Assembly (NCBI GenBank): GCA_964187785.1
Contig: OZ076413.1
Span: 45,324,001-45,388,000, forward strand
Length of the DNA: 64,000 nucleotides
Direction of reading: 5' to 3'
DNA from: Amphiscolops sp. MND2022
Lineage: Eukaryota
The position numbers and the translations under genes are program-made. The notes under the pieces are model-generated. The model did no database searches. It was given only the letters and a program-made list of their open reading frames with translations, and had not been told where the DNA came from. Below, one piece after another: positions 51,501 through 64,000 of this stretch (position 1 is the stretch's first letter; the number at the start of each line of letters is the position of its first letter).

Positions 51501-52709
51501 CTTAGGTTTTCTTCTTAGGACCAGAATAGGCCACCGTCTTGTTTCAGACAATTCCAGTTTCATCGTCAATCAGCAGCAACGGCGTGATTCCTCCTTTTAT
51601 CTTTGTGGGGAGGTTTCCCGCTACATTTACAAATTGTGTTTTCGCTGCTACAATTCTGATACAGTCCCCCTTGAGAACTCATGGCTCCATCTGCTGGGAT
51701 TCCAAGTCACTGAAGGAACTTTCATGCCTGTGGAGGAGTTCCTGACCCGACTCAAGATGACAAATAAGGTCTCCAAGGCTTGCAAGCTGAAGTCAGAAGG
51801 TGTCCACTCTGGGAAGAAGGTAGACAAAGCCCTTGTTCAGAAGACCGCGTCTACCATAAGGAGTGAGTTTGTCCACGATGGGCAGACATACATACAGTAC
51901 CTGATAGGCGAAGTCCTTCGACAAGCGGGGCTAAGCTCAAACATCGTTAAGGGGCTCGCGGCCTTTGACCCCTTCATTATGTTTAGGAGGCCCACAGAAG
52001 TAGCTCTCCATCACTTTGACATATTATACAGTACCTTCTTGCTTCGCTCATGGGTGACAACCACCAACGAGTCCACTTGTCGTGATGAGTATGTGGGACT
52101 GCTTGATTACTTGCGCAATAATTACGCCTCAGATTTTGATGTCACCCAACATTTCCGGGACTTAATTGACTTTTTGTGTCACTTGAGTATATGCAAACCC
52201 ACAGTCACCTGATGCATTTATTCAAATTGTGCTGTCTCTGTGCCACTTCCTGTAGTCCCGATTATCCCGTTGTCAGTATGGGGACTCTTAGTACGTCAGG
52301 CTTCCAAAGCCGGTCTGTTGACGTTGTCCTGCCTGTCCAGAGCTATCTGTCTGGAGTTTCGGGATCTCTTGCTTCTTGTGTCACTGATCATAGTCTCAAC
52401 GAATTTTCTCTGCTATCTGGTTCCTTTGGTCAGTCAGCCTTCTCACCCTCATACGATCCTTGGACTTACGTTGACGTCTTTGGGCGGGGCAAGATCTATA
52501 AGTCCCTGATTTCGACCTACCGTACAGCCCTCTCTGAGTCTGTTGAACGAGTGAGAGGATTGGATAACCCCAATGTGTCCGTGATGGGTGATACTCCTGC
52601 CGTCCAACCCCCTAGTGGCACTAAACGCAGACGAATGGAGAGGAGTTCATCGAGGTCAAGGGCCTCTTCTGTCTCTAAAGAGCCAACTACCAGTTCTTCT
52701 AATCATTAA
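48555..52709 (+). CDS. Antisense intron-containing gene in element B: BED zinc finger plus degenerate hAT-transposase-like body (~1270 aa, one frameshift)
   Basis: Exons 48555-50501, 50573-51058, 51155-51289, 51397-51478 and 51548-52709, with phase-compatible GT-AG introns of 71, 96, 107 and 69 bp. BED-like VWCHMCKKNFS...ILRHHRTEKH. An apparent 1-nt loss near 52175. The start codon is uncertain. Confidence 0.8.
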
Positions 52710-52956
52710 ATGTACAGATGTATTTATGTACACTATGAACTTGTAAACTTTGTTGCCTTTCTGTTTTGTTGCCATATTTGTATTTGCATTCTGTTTTCCT
52801 GATTTCTTGATCCCGTTGTTTATTTTTCCTGGAAGGGATCGTTGTGAAATGTCCCATTATTTATTCAGAAAAAACTTCGCTTGGGACTGAAAAAAGAAAA
52901 ATTGAGAGTGAGAAGACACTATTCACTGCTCCTTTTCGAGCAGAATTTAATCTTCC

Positions 52957-55900
52957 CTAGTATCTGAAGTCTTCTGAGTAGTTTGGGTTAGGGTTAGGCC
53001 TGAGATTATATTTCCCTCCTCTAGGGCTCAGACTTCCATTTCTAGCATCGCTTTCGGATATTTCGGGCACGATAATATCATCCCCCCTTTTTGGAGAGTT
53101 TTGTGCATCGTTTTCGTTCATAGAATGTCTTTCTGAAAAAATTTCATCATTTTCCGGTCCACCTGCCGTACTCGGCAAAGAATTTTCTTGGTTTTTTGGG
53201 GAAACGGCCGGATTCGGCCAATCAGATTTGGTATTTTCTGTCACTGCAGTAGCTTTATTTCTTTCAGTGACGTCATCATCTAAGCGTTTATTCCGGCTGT
53301 GTGCCGCGTTGTCGTTGTTTAATTCTTCTCGCGTGATTATGTAATCCGCTTCGGTCTCGTCTACGTCATTTGCATTCGTTTCCGCCGTGTTCGGCTGTTC
53401 GCCATTCGGCACGCTAGTCGGAATAGTCTCGCTGTCTCGTGTAACTAGCTGCTCTCCAAAATCTGTTTCCCACGCTATGACGTATAGGTCGTCTTGCGGA
53501 ATGACAATTTCTTCGTCTGGCTGCAGACGTTGTTCTCGGAAATTGTCCTCAAGCGGTTGATTGGGAATAAACCTTTTAAGGCGAATGCGATGCAAAATTT
53601 GAGTTTTGTTCGTATTGATCCTTCGTACTATGTAGTTTTCATTTGGCAAAACCTTTTGGACTACAAATGGTCCAACCCAACGGTAATCGCGGAATGGAAT
53701 TTTTGATCCTTGATGATCCGCTTTCGGCTGTAAGACGAAACAGTAATCATTCTCCTTCAATGGAGCAGCTTTTGCTTTGCGGTCGTAATATTCTTTGTAC
53801 TTGATGTACGACTGCATAATGTTCTGCTTCGTTTTGTCAATTAGGATTTTTGTCCGGTTTTGGATTTCTTCTGCAAATTCGGTTGTAGGGTTGATCTTTT
53901 CGTTTGGATTATTTCCAAGCTTGTGATCTAGAATGTTATAGGGAATTCAGCCATGGAATACTCTCGTTGGCTCACAACCGATACTGGCATGATAACTCGT
54001 ATTATGATTAAGTACTGCTAATGGCAAATATTTATGCCATTGTCGGCGGTATTCCCCACATGCCATTTTGAGGTTTGTCTTTAATGAGGCATGGGTCCGC
54101 TCTAATTTCCCAATTGTTTGCGGGTGCTTTGTCGTTGCACATTTGAGTGTAATGCCCAAAATTTGCGTAACCTCCGCAATAATCGTAGAAGTGAATGCAG
54201 TACCCTTATCAGTAATAAGAGTCGTTGGCAGATATGCATGCTTGGTCATTATGTCAATGAGCGCTTTTGCCACATTGATCGCTGATGCGTCTGTAAGGGG
54301 ATAAGCGAATAAATATCTGGAGAAAACATCAATTGCCGTTAGGACATTTTCATACCCTCCACTTGGGGGAAGATTCGGCAATAGGTCAATCTGCATGGCG
54401 TCTTCAGGTCCGAGGTCCCATTCGGGCAAGTTGAGCAGCTCAGGTGTGATCGTTGCGTTAGGGACTCTCTTGTCTCTGGCACATTGTTCACACCCTTCTA
54501 CCCACTTTTTGACGTGTTTAGCCATGCTAGGGTAGTAATACCTTTGTCTGATTTCCTGCAACATTTTTGAAATCCCGGGATGTTTATGCGCTGTCCCGTG
54601 AAGGGAGTGGAGCAATTCCCGAAGTAGGTGTTGCGGGAGTAAAATTTGATGGTATTTAACATTCCCTGTTTCATCAAAATATTGCCTCGTCAGGATTTCG
54701 TCCTTGAGTACAATTCGTTCCAGATTATTTGCATAGTGTCTATATCGGGTATCCTGTTGCAGTATGTTTTCTGAATAGTCTTAATGAAGGAGCTTTGCCT
54801 TCAATTGTTGTAATACTGCATCTTTGGACTGCTCGATGATTATCTGGTTTGATTTCTTTAATCGGACTTGGATGTCTGGTTGTTGTTTGACCAGATTGGT
54901 TGACAGAGTTTCTATGGTAACAGTGGGCTCATCAGTCATTGGATTTTTCCTGATTGCTTCTTTTCTTGCCCAATACTGTTCCTCTGTCTCGTCATCATCA
55001 TTCGTATAGAATATTTGTTCTTCCTGTGATACCCCCGCAGATTGAACATTTATCTCAATGGGTAAAGTTTGCACGTCTTCACGGATTTTCATGACTAATT
55101 TATCCTTCGGATCTGCCTCCAATCGGGACAAATAGTCAGCTGCTGTGTTCTCTGCTCCCGGGATATGTGCTATGACAAAATTGAATTGAATCACATAATC
55201 GCATGCATTCCACAGGGCTGGGGGTATTATTTTCGTTTGGAAAAATCCCGTAACGGCTTTGTTGTCGGTAAGGATAATGACCGGTTTGGGCGCACCCCAG
55301 AATATATGTCCAAATTCTTTGAATGCAAAGTAAATTGCCAGAAATTCCTTGGCATGTATTGACATTTTGATCTGGGCTGGGGTGAAGGTTTTTGATCCAT
55401 AGGCCACCGGTGCGTAGGATTTTCGGAGAGATGTGAATTTCTGGTTTGGATCGTCTTCTATTAAGACCGCATATCCAGCTGCACCAAAACTTGCATCAGT
55501 CATTAGTGCGATTTGTTTGTTCGGGATAGGCTGTTGTAGGGCCAAATCGCAACATTTGTCGAGTGCCTTGTTGATTTTTTCGAATTGTTGGACTAATTCT
55601 TTCGATACTAGGACCTTTTCGTCACTTTTGAGCATCTTGTAGAATGGAGCAAGGCGTTCGGAGAGTCTTGGGACATAATTCCTGTAGTAGTTCAAGAATC
55701 CCAAGTAGCGCTGCAAAGCCTTTTTGACTTTGGGAATTTGGTCTTTTCCAGAAAGTTTTGCACGTTCTGTTTCTGGGGTTTGACGCCTTGCGGGGTAATA
55801 GTCCGTCCGAGAAAATCAATTTCTTTTGCACCAAAGTGACATTTGTGCATTGTCAACTTAAGGCCTGCTTCCTGAATGCATTTGAATGTTGCTCTCAGGT

Positions 55901-58165
55901 TCATTATGAGGTGGTCAACATCATTGGCTGCGATGCCGATATCGTCCACATACTGGGCGCACTGATCCGCTTTAATGACTTTGTCGAGGTATTCCCTCAT
56001 GAAACTCGAGAATGCGGATAGTGACCGACTAAGGCCTTGTGCCAAGCGTCTGTACGCGAATGTACGACTGGCAAAATTGAAAGCCAACATTTCGATTGAG
56101 CGTTGGTCGGCCATTGGTGGGCAGTGGTATGCCTGCGAACAGTCTAATTTACAGAACAGTTTTTTGCCTGCCAAGTGTTGGGCAGCATCAACCAGGGTGC
56201 TAACAGGGTGATTATTGTTTATATAATCATCCGAGATGAGGTTATTGATTTTTCTCAAGTCAACCAAAAGTCGTAGCTTCCCATTTGGTTTTTTTTGGGC
56301 GAATATTGGGCTTGCATACTTCGAGAACGGTAGTGTGGTTATTATGCCATATTTGTGCAACATGGCTAATTCGACTAGGATGTCCTCCTTCAGATTGATA
56401 GGAGCTGGAAGGCTTTGACTATAGGCTGGGAAATCGTCCTTAGGTGTCAGTTTCACTTTGAATTCCTCGTTCATGCCTATATCAAATCGGTGTCGTGCAA
56501 AGATGTCATGGAATTCCACTAACAATTCCTCAATTTTCTCCTTCTCTTCAGGAGTAAGGGTGGAATCTTTCCAATCAAAGTTTTCTAAGAATTTTGCACG
56601 CGATTCTGCGTCTGTGGTGGGGTCGAGTGTCTCCAGGTCTTGTAAGGCCTGTAACTCGCGTAGGATTCGTTTTTGTATGGGTGTGTGTTCCTCAGGATTT
56701 CCAGGGTTTTCTGGAGTTGGGAACCAATAATTTTCGGAGTTTTGTGGATTTCTATTGGTTTTGATGAGACTGCTGACATAATGGGCTGCTTGCTCCTGGT
56801 CATTCTGCAAAAGGTGCCAGGTTGATGCCGGGTCTACCGGTTTGACATACTTCATTTGTTCTGGCGTCATGACAGAGAAATTGGCAATATGTAGTCCCTT
56901 TTTGAGTTTATAAGGGTGGTCTGTGAAGTTGTTCACTGGTATCAATATATTGCCGTCATTCAGAGTGACCAAAGCTGGGCAAAATGTGATGTCGCCTTCT
57001 TCATGTAGAAGGTCGCTCGGTTGCAAAATTCCAGTGACGGCATTCTCAGGGTACAGTAGGGAATTGGTCCTAATTAGGACTCTATCATTTGGCGGAATGG
57101 TTATCTCAATGGGATTGAGAATTGGTTCTAAGACATTTGAGTATTTATGGTCAGCTGTTTTGAGCTGCATTGAGAAGAACGGGAAGTTCAGTATTCCTTG
57201 TCTCATGTCCAGAACTGTATGATTTCTCTGAAGGAACATTAGTCCAATGATCGGTCCTGTCAAATGTTCCATTACTATAAAAATTTCATGGAACTCAATG
57301 TCACCAACTTCAAATTTGAGCTCTATGGTACTCTTAGGAGTTTCCAGTTGCCCATTAGCGACCATGATTTGGAAGTTCGGAGGCGGACCTTCTCGAATAA
57401 CAGATTGTGGAGATAGAAGGCGGATTTTCCGGAGGTCCATTTCAGGAATTGCACTGGACAGCGCTCCAGTGTCAATAAGTCCGTCTATGGTCAATTCCCC
57501 AAAGTCCATGGGGAAGTACAACATGCGTTTTTTGCATTTGAGATTGATGTTGGTTGACAGTGGTATACAGTCTGGTTCACCGTCCCTGGTGATTAAGACA
57601 TTCTGGAACTGCTTCTCGTCTAATAGTGATTGTGGTATGGGTTGTGCAACGTCTTCATGGGTCTCGGTCCCCAATGGGTTTGGGAACACTGGATGGTTGG
57701 TGCCATCATTCATTTGCCAGTTTTCAACTAGTGCTCTGGTCTTTTTATTGTGGGTGATTGGAGGGTTCTCGTGGACTGTTCTATTATAGTGCTCGATGTC
57801 GTCTAAGACATATTGGAATTGTAGTTGCTCCTGGTTGTAGATTTCTGTGTCCCAATAGGGGTCTCTGCCGTAGTCTGGATCTATGTAGGTAGGGTTGTAA
57901 TTGTCAACCAGGGGAATAGGCCTGAATCGGGTAGTGAAGGTAGTAGTATAATCAGGGTCCCAAACAGGAATTGGTTTCTGGAATAAATGGGTGTTTTGTA
58001 GGTGATGATGGTAGCTTTTTCCATCTGTTGCTGCCAGACAACAGAGGGGTAGCCCATCAATTGCTGATTGTATTGGTGGAAAGTTTGCGTTGGAGGGTCC
58101 GATCTGATGTATTGTCGGACAGATATTAGTTGATTGTATTGGAGTCGTGGCGAAGTTAGTTTTTT
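52957..58165 (-). pseudogene. pol of element B (protease, dUTPase-like segment, RT, RNase H, integrase), disrupted
   Basis: LIDTGA; YASPIF...LVDLRKIN; YVDD; MTDAS...ADYLSR; HGTAHKHPG...CEQC; TDKG...KLERTH; terminal YNLRP. Frameshift near 55720 and in-frame stops at 54781 and 53947. Confidence 0.93.
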
Positions 58166-59877
58166 GACTCATCATTGGAAGATGAGGCCTGTGAGTTGGA
58201 AGATGTTGATTTGTTTTGTGGTTTCTGCGCCTTTGAATTGGGTTTACCGTCATTAGCGTCATCTGGTCTGGTGCGTTTGGGTTTGAGATGCGCACCAGCA
58301 CCTTGCCAACATCTTTCTTCCGGGTGGTTCTTTTTACCACAAGTGCCACACTCCGGATACGTCTTTTTCTGAGTTTGTTTGCCTTGTTGGGCATCTTTTT
58401 CCTTTTTCTTCTTCAATTTTTCACAGTCTTTGACCATATGGCCCTTCTCCTTGCAATAGTTGCAAGTGATATCAGACATTTGCCCAGTAGTTAGAGGAGT
58501 TTTGGGTTTTGTTGTCGAGGAGGTCATTGTGGCCATTGGTAGGTCGTCTGATTCCTCAAGGGCATTTAGTTCTAACTCTCTTTCTAAATGAGCAACTATT
58601 TCGTCATAAGAGCCGTTTTCGAGTCTGGCCATGTTTACAGACCGCTTCAGTTTTGGTGGCAGTTTTGCGTAGAGCAAACTGTCAATCATTTTCTGCGCGT
58701 GATCCCCGAATGCTTTTTCTGCCCCTTGATTTAATTCTTCAAGGAAATCTGGCAGTTTCATCGTGTTGGGATCGAAGACTAGACGGTGCCATTTATGTTT
58801 GGCAGTCGCCTGTGATTCGGGTTTGACGTATTTTCGTCTAAAGATGACTAATACGTCCTCTAGAGTTTGTCGGTTGCTTGAGCTGATATTTCTGAACGTC
58901 TGAAGAGCATTCTTCCTCAATAAAGAGTGGAAGTGATTGATCTTCATTTGCTCAGTCATTTCTGGCTGCATCTTGATCATAGTGTGAAATAGATCTTCGA
59001 ACAGCTCGAATTTCTCACTTTTGCCATCGAATGTCATGGTATTTGAGTTGACTGGGCGTATGGTGAGTTGCTGGGCTGTCGGTCTATTCTGCATCGTAGT
59101 CAAGACGTCTGCCAGTCGAGTGATGGGGTCGGAGTCAGCAGCCGTAGCGATTCTCTCTTGTGCTGGGATCGTCGTGTCGAGCAGGGGAAGGTCATCATTT
59201 GATCTGTTGAGATGACTGGTGGATGGTATTCGTCCCGTGAGAAACTCAGGAACTTCGATTGGAGATTCGTTTTCTCCTGTCACCATGTCGTAAGCACGAG
59301 AGTTCGTACTTGTGAATCCGTCTTTGGGACGGTCGTTGGTCTGTTTACTCTTAGAATTGTTCCTAGGTTCTAAGTTTTGCAGTATTTCGGAATATCCTTC
59401 CGGTCTCTCGGCCGGAACGTTCCATCTCTCTTTGGTCAATTGTCCCGACCCGGCCATAACTACATTTTGGATTTGAGGCAAAATTTGGCTACTAATTGCC
59501 TCATTTATGGCCCTTTGAATCTGAACACTGACGCTATTCATCATTTCGTCCATCTCTCGAGATATACGTGAATTTAACTCACTCGACAATCTATTGATCT
59601 CAACGCTTTAACACTCTCTGATTGAATTATGGCCTAATTCGGTATTTGGACTTGGTCCATTATTTCCCGGGTTTGGGAACCCATTCTCATTCTCATCTCC
59701 AAATTCATCTCCAAATAAGCTTTCTGGCCTACCGGCCTGATTACTATTCACACTTTCATTTCTCTCATTTCTATCAAAATGGTTTTCGCCTAACATGATA
59801 TCCAGATTTTCAATATCTGATAACATCTCAAGTCCTCTAGACTTTCTAGCTTTCTTTTGCTTTCTAGTAGTTGGCAT
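58156..59877 (-). pseudogene. gag of element B, starting inside the 5' LTR, with one premature stop
   Basis: ORFs 59608-59877 and 58156-59589 are in one frame. TFDGKSEKF capsid-like motif and two knuckles, CNYCKEKGHMVKDC and CGTCGKKNHPEERC. The 3' LTR copy (ORF 44872-45504) has TCA where this copy has TAA. Confidence 0.9.
59274..59285 (-). other. Putative primer-binding site of element B
   Basis: TGGTGACAGGAG directly after the LTR end CA; one mismatch from the tRNA-Leu-type PBS TGGTGTCAGGAG. Confidence 0.55.
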
Positions 59878-61187
59878 TGAAACAATTCCGAATTAATAAT
59901 GAATTAATCAATACGGAAATAACAGCGTAGCCGTTTGGAAATCAATCTTTTCTAGAACAGTACAGTATGAATTGTGTCCCGCTCAGGCTAAACACCGGTA
60001 TTTATACCCCTGAGCGAGTGACACTCACATATTTTACATATTTCCATCTAAGATTGACGTCGTAAGGTATGTAATGCACTTTGATCTTTACATATTTCTG
60101 GTACATAACAAGTATGGTTTCGAAAGTTATTTGCATCATAAGCATTTCTGTTTACATATTTTCCACATCATCGGGAAACATCAATCACATATTTCTGTGA
60201 AATCCTGGTTGGGAGAGTTCCTGACATATTTGTCTCCCAAAATATAACATCAAACAATCAACATAACGGTACTTCAAACAACGTATCTATTCTACATATT
60301 ATTGCAATGTCAACAAATGTTAGCCTCGTTGTCGGAATGCAAGGCTCGTAACACTGGTATGTAGTGTTAGCACGTGCCACCACGTGGTTATAGGTCAACG
60401 TAAGGGGAAGCAAATTCAAATAATACATGTCTAATCTATTTAAATATCACTGCATCATTAAATAAGGGTATCTCTCAAAAGGGCCGAAATTGGCCAAATC
60501 CTGATTAATGGTACAATACTAGGGGGAGAAAGGGTAAAAGACCTTATTCGGCCTTTGATCAGCATTTAGTTTATTCGGTCCGTTGAGGGGTGCGTTGGTA
60601 TTATTTTAATATTAAAACACCTTTGAAATGATCCCCAACTAATATGGTTAACTATAAAGTACAGATAATACAGCATCACTCATTACATCAAGACGGCCTA
60701 AACCGGCCATTTGACCAAGGTACAAAACAATTCATGGACATTAAGTTAATTGGCCGTATTCGGCCGCTACCAAATCAAAGCTATATTGCACTTGTGAATT
60801 GAAGCGCTGTGATTGGTGGAGGGAATGAGCTCAAGTGACGTTTTTGGATTATCGCTGAGCGTCACTTGAACTCGTTTCCTATACCGCTTTACAGTTGTTT
60901 ATATTAGTACTGCTTTCGATTCAATCGATTTACATTTTAACTGCACTTTCACAAAGTAGCCTAATTTGGATATCTCCAAATTGTACAATCTCTAACAGAC
61001 TAATATTAACTTCATCCAAATATGAAACTGTTACATGAACATACAAAACAACAACTAATCGTTAAATAAAACTAGTTTTTAAGGTCCATAACCTGTATTC
61101 AGTATATTGGTAGTGTACTCGGTGTCGGGTTTTGTTCTCCTGTCGCTGTAGTATAGTTATTTCCGTCACAGGCGGCAGCCTGCGACA
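59286..61187 (-). repeat. 5' LTR of element B (1902 bp)
   Basis: Matches 44913-46814 and is followed by TSD GGCCC. Confidence 0.96.
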
Positions 61188-64000
61188 GGCCCTTTGGCCT
61201 TTCCTCCATTTCTGCATGCGTAGAGAACTCAACCACACGTACGCCTGCTTCTCAGATCCTCTCGCCAGGCCTGGAAAACTTAACCGCTGGCTAAGTGGAA
61301 AATTCTTTCCAGTTGTCAGCGGTTTTAATAGCTATTTGCAAAAAAAAGAGTTGTGGTGGAGAAGAAAAATGAAAATTCAAATTGATTTGGCTTCAGAATA
61401 ATGACGCAAGGGATAATATTTATATACATCTTATTTAACTGTTCGTTTTCACTTTTTTCCAGAATTACCTTGATTTTCAAACAGGTTTATTTATTAACTG
61501 CTCTTGAGATGGTATAGAGTTATTAGACACTAATGTGTTACAAATTAACTGAGAGAAGTTGCGCTTCGCGGTATTTGATACCAAGTTAGCACCAGTTAGC
61601 AGTTGAGACGAGTTCCCGTTATTTAATAGATGATGTCAGTTGTCGCTTGATGAGTCGTTTCTTTTCAAATTTGATATGAGTTGTCGCCTGATATAACTTC
61701 TCGCTTCATATGGGTTGTCGCCCTACGCACTCATCATTTCTTCAAGGTTACAAAAAGGTGAAACTGTAAACAATGCGAACCCTTATGACCGGAATTCAAT
61801 GGTACTATTGCATACAAGTAATTGGAGACACTTGCAAACAAATAGTTTCAAAAAACTTCGAATACCCTCTTGAATCCAATGCAATATTGCGAAAGATGTC
61901 ATTGTGGAAAAGATTGGTGCATATTTCATGCATGGAATTCCATGTAAATCTCATGGATTGGGATCCCAGTGATCATGATAAATGAAGCTAAAATTCCCAG
62001 AACGTTATGTTTTTAGTCTGCGCATTTCCCCTTAAGGAAAAAAGCCCCACTATTACAGTGACTAGTTTTTTTCGTCAGACCACAGAATGTATGCGTAGTG
62101 AACACTTTTTACAGAACTACTAAAGTATCGGACCAGCAAGCGGAAACACATCTAAAATAGTGCAAAGGGCCCCCTTTCATTTATTTCATTTTTAACGTAA
62201 GATACAAAACCGGACGAGACTATAGAGTCCCCCCTTTGATTTTTTTGGCACTGTGCAACTTTTTTTCGATTTTTTTGTCTCCAAAGGGTCCGCCCTTCAA
62301 ATTTTTTGATATTTTGCAAAAAAACTGGATTTTCAGAAAACCCAAAGGGTCCCCCTTTTTCAATTTTGAAATCTTTGCGCTTTTTGAGCATTAGATATGG
62401 CGCCGACTTTAGACGTTCCCGTCTTGTTTAACCTTTCCTTTACATTCTCTTCAGAAAAACTTCGAGAAATTCTATCAAAAACATCAGCGGAAAGAACATC
62501 AAATTCAAGAATTATTTCAGATCTTATATAACGACAAATATAAACTTTGAAATTCATTCGTTCATTATGTAACATTAAGATAAATAATTGCAGGTACTTA
62601 GTTAGTCAAAAGGAACTTTCTAGAACTTTCTAGAATCAACTACATTCCTCTGTGTTGGGTGATTGATGAGGCGAATACCCTGACCTTTGAACTTTGACCC
62701 GAGATGATGATTCACTTGCCACCACATCTGCATCCCTTCTTTCTTCGCTTCCGTTCATCTTCGTTGGGAGTTAGAACCAAGTTAAGAGCATTTTGTTCTA
62801 AATATACCTCAATATTATTCCTATTATACTTAAGCATTATTCCTATTACTGATTTTCAAAATGAAACAAGAGGCGCAGTGACACAGCGGCAAAACGAAAG
62901 ATAATCAATTGAAAGCAGAATAAATACAAAGGCTGGTCAAACGAGGCATTTATGCCAGTTTTCAAGTGCTCAAAAAATGCAATGACGCTTTGCGATCCTT
63001 TGCAAATCTTCATTCACGCAATAAAGCTTTTTATATCGAAAAAAAAACAAAGGTGCCCTAAAAAATTTCATAATAACCCTATAAATACAATTCAATCATC
63101 AGAACGGTGAAACAAATCATATGAAAAACCGCGACTGAAACTTTCTTTCAACCAAAAGCTTTAGGATAATACTTAATCCCAAATTTTGAAGGAAAATGGG
63201 TTGAAACTGGTCTTTGACCAGAAATTTAGATTACCAGTTCATTACCTGGTTTTCAGTTCATTTTGTCAAATTGCGACCAAAAAAAGGTGCGTTTTTATTA
63301 CACCCTGCTCTACAGAGGCTGATAGGTCACTGTGATTTCAAGAAAAGATGCTTGAAATACTTTCCAAACTTTCGTTTTCTGTTGTTAATTTTTAGTTTGT
63401 AGACCATTCAGACCGAAAACGTTCATGCAACAAAGATTCGATTGTGCGTTACGTCGACTGACAATGGAATATGAGGGAGTGCGTAAATTGAGCAGCACAT
63501 CCAAATAGCAGATCAAAAAATTGTATACGTGAGCGGGACTCGAATTATCTGGTTGGTCTGACATGTGTCCACTGCGATTTTCAATACATTTGAATGAAAG
63601 CACAATTAAAGTTTTAGGATAACTCAGAAAACTTTGAATGTAATTGCGGCGCGATGTAATATGCCCATGAGCCATGAGGTAGGTACAGTCCTGTGATAAA
63701 AGAATGGAACCCCTAATTGATAAAATTATAATAAAACTTGGAACACTAATTTTTCCTCAGATATATCTAATAATATTCAAGAGAGTCGCCTTCGATAAAA
63801 AATTTCTCGAAATTTAATCTAGTGTACATTCGTGTTTGTTTGAAACTCCTATGACAATTATTGGAGAAATTAGCTCTCAATATTAGACTGCAACTCAATT
63901 GCCAAAATTCGTTATGTAAAAATTATCTTTTGCAAACTTGTCTCATATTAGTTTTAGGACTTCCAAAATTAGAGGAAAGTCAACTAGACAAAAATCCAGG

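Larger units (their letters stand above)
44913..61187 (-). mobile_element. Ty3/Gypsy LTR retrotransposon B, ~16.3 kb, with antisense spliced cargo gene
   Basis: 1902-bp LTRs with TGTCG...CGACA ends, 5-bp TSD GGCCC (44908-44912 and 61188-61192), gag, and PR-RT-RNaseH-IN. Confidence 0.96.

Noticed and set aside
48200..52900. Nested autonomous hAT transposon
   Set aside because: No TIRs or 8-bp TSD found by eye and catalytic motifs look degenerate; not fully excluded.
56870..57110. Active dUTPase in pol (similar segment at ~24050-24330)
   Set aside because: Only a degenerate dUTPase-like pattern between protease and RT; conserved catalytic motifs are not recognisable.
61193..64000. Short ORFs right of element B
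   Set aside because: AT-rich repeat-derived sequence with no recognisable motifs or consistent exon chain.

Overview
Eukaryotic, AT-rich, transposon-dense window with GT-AG introns; species cannot be determined from sequence alone. It holds three near-full-length retroelements, each carrying a few disabling mutations. (1) An Ingi-type LINE (1123-5679, minus) with a 5' HDV-like ribozyme, a 2A-like peptide, three PHD-like fingers, APE, RT and RNase H, a (CA)n tail and a TSD. (2) An 18.4-kb Ty3/Gypsy element (12781-31209, minus). Its pol is extended by an AT-hook and two tandem TARG1/OARD1-like macrodomains, and it carries an extra ~1400-aa ORF with a degenerate SGNH-like domain. It is flanked by a ~212-bp duplication instead of a short TSD. 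(3) A 16.3-kb Ty3/Gypsy element (44913-61187, minus) with 1.9-kb LTRs. ORFs cross both LTR junctions, no PPT is visible, and it carries an antisense, intron-containing BED-finger/hAT-transposase-like gene. Between (2) and (3) lies a five-exon host gene encoding a TIR/HET-like domain plus TPRs. Also present are two ~420-bp Tc1-like deletion derivatives, tRNA-derived SINE heads and a diverged ~2.5-3 kb tandem duplication. All domain calls are by-eye motif comparisons; no searches were run.
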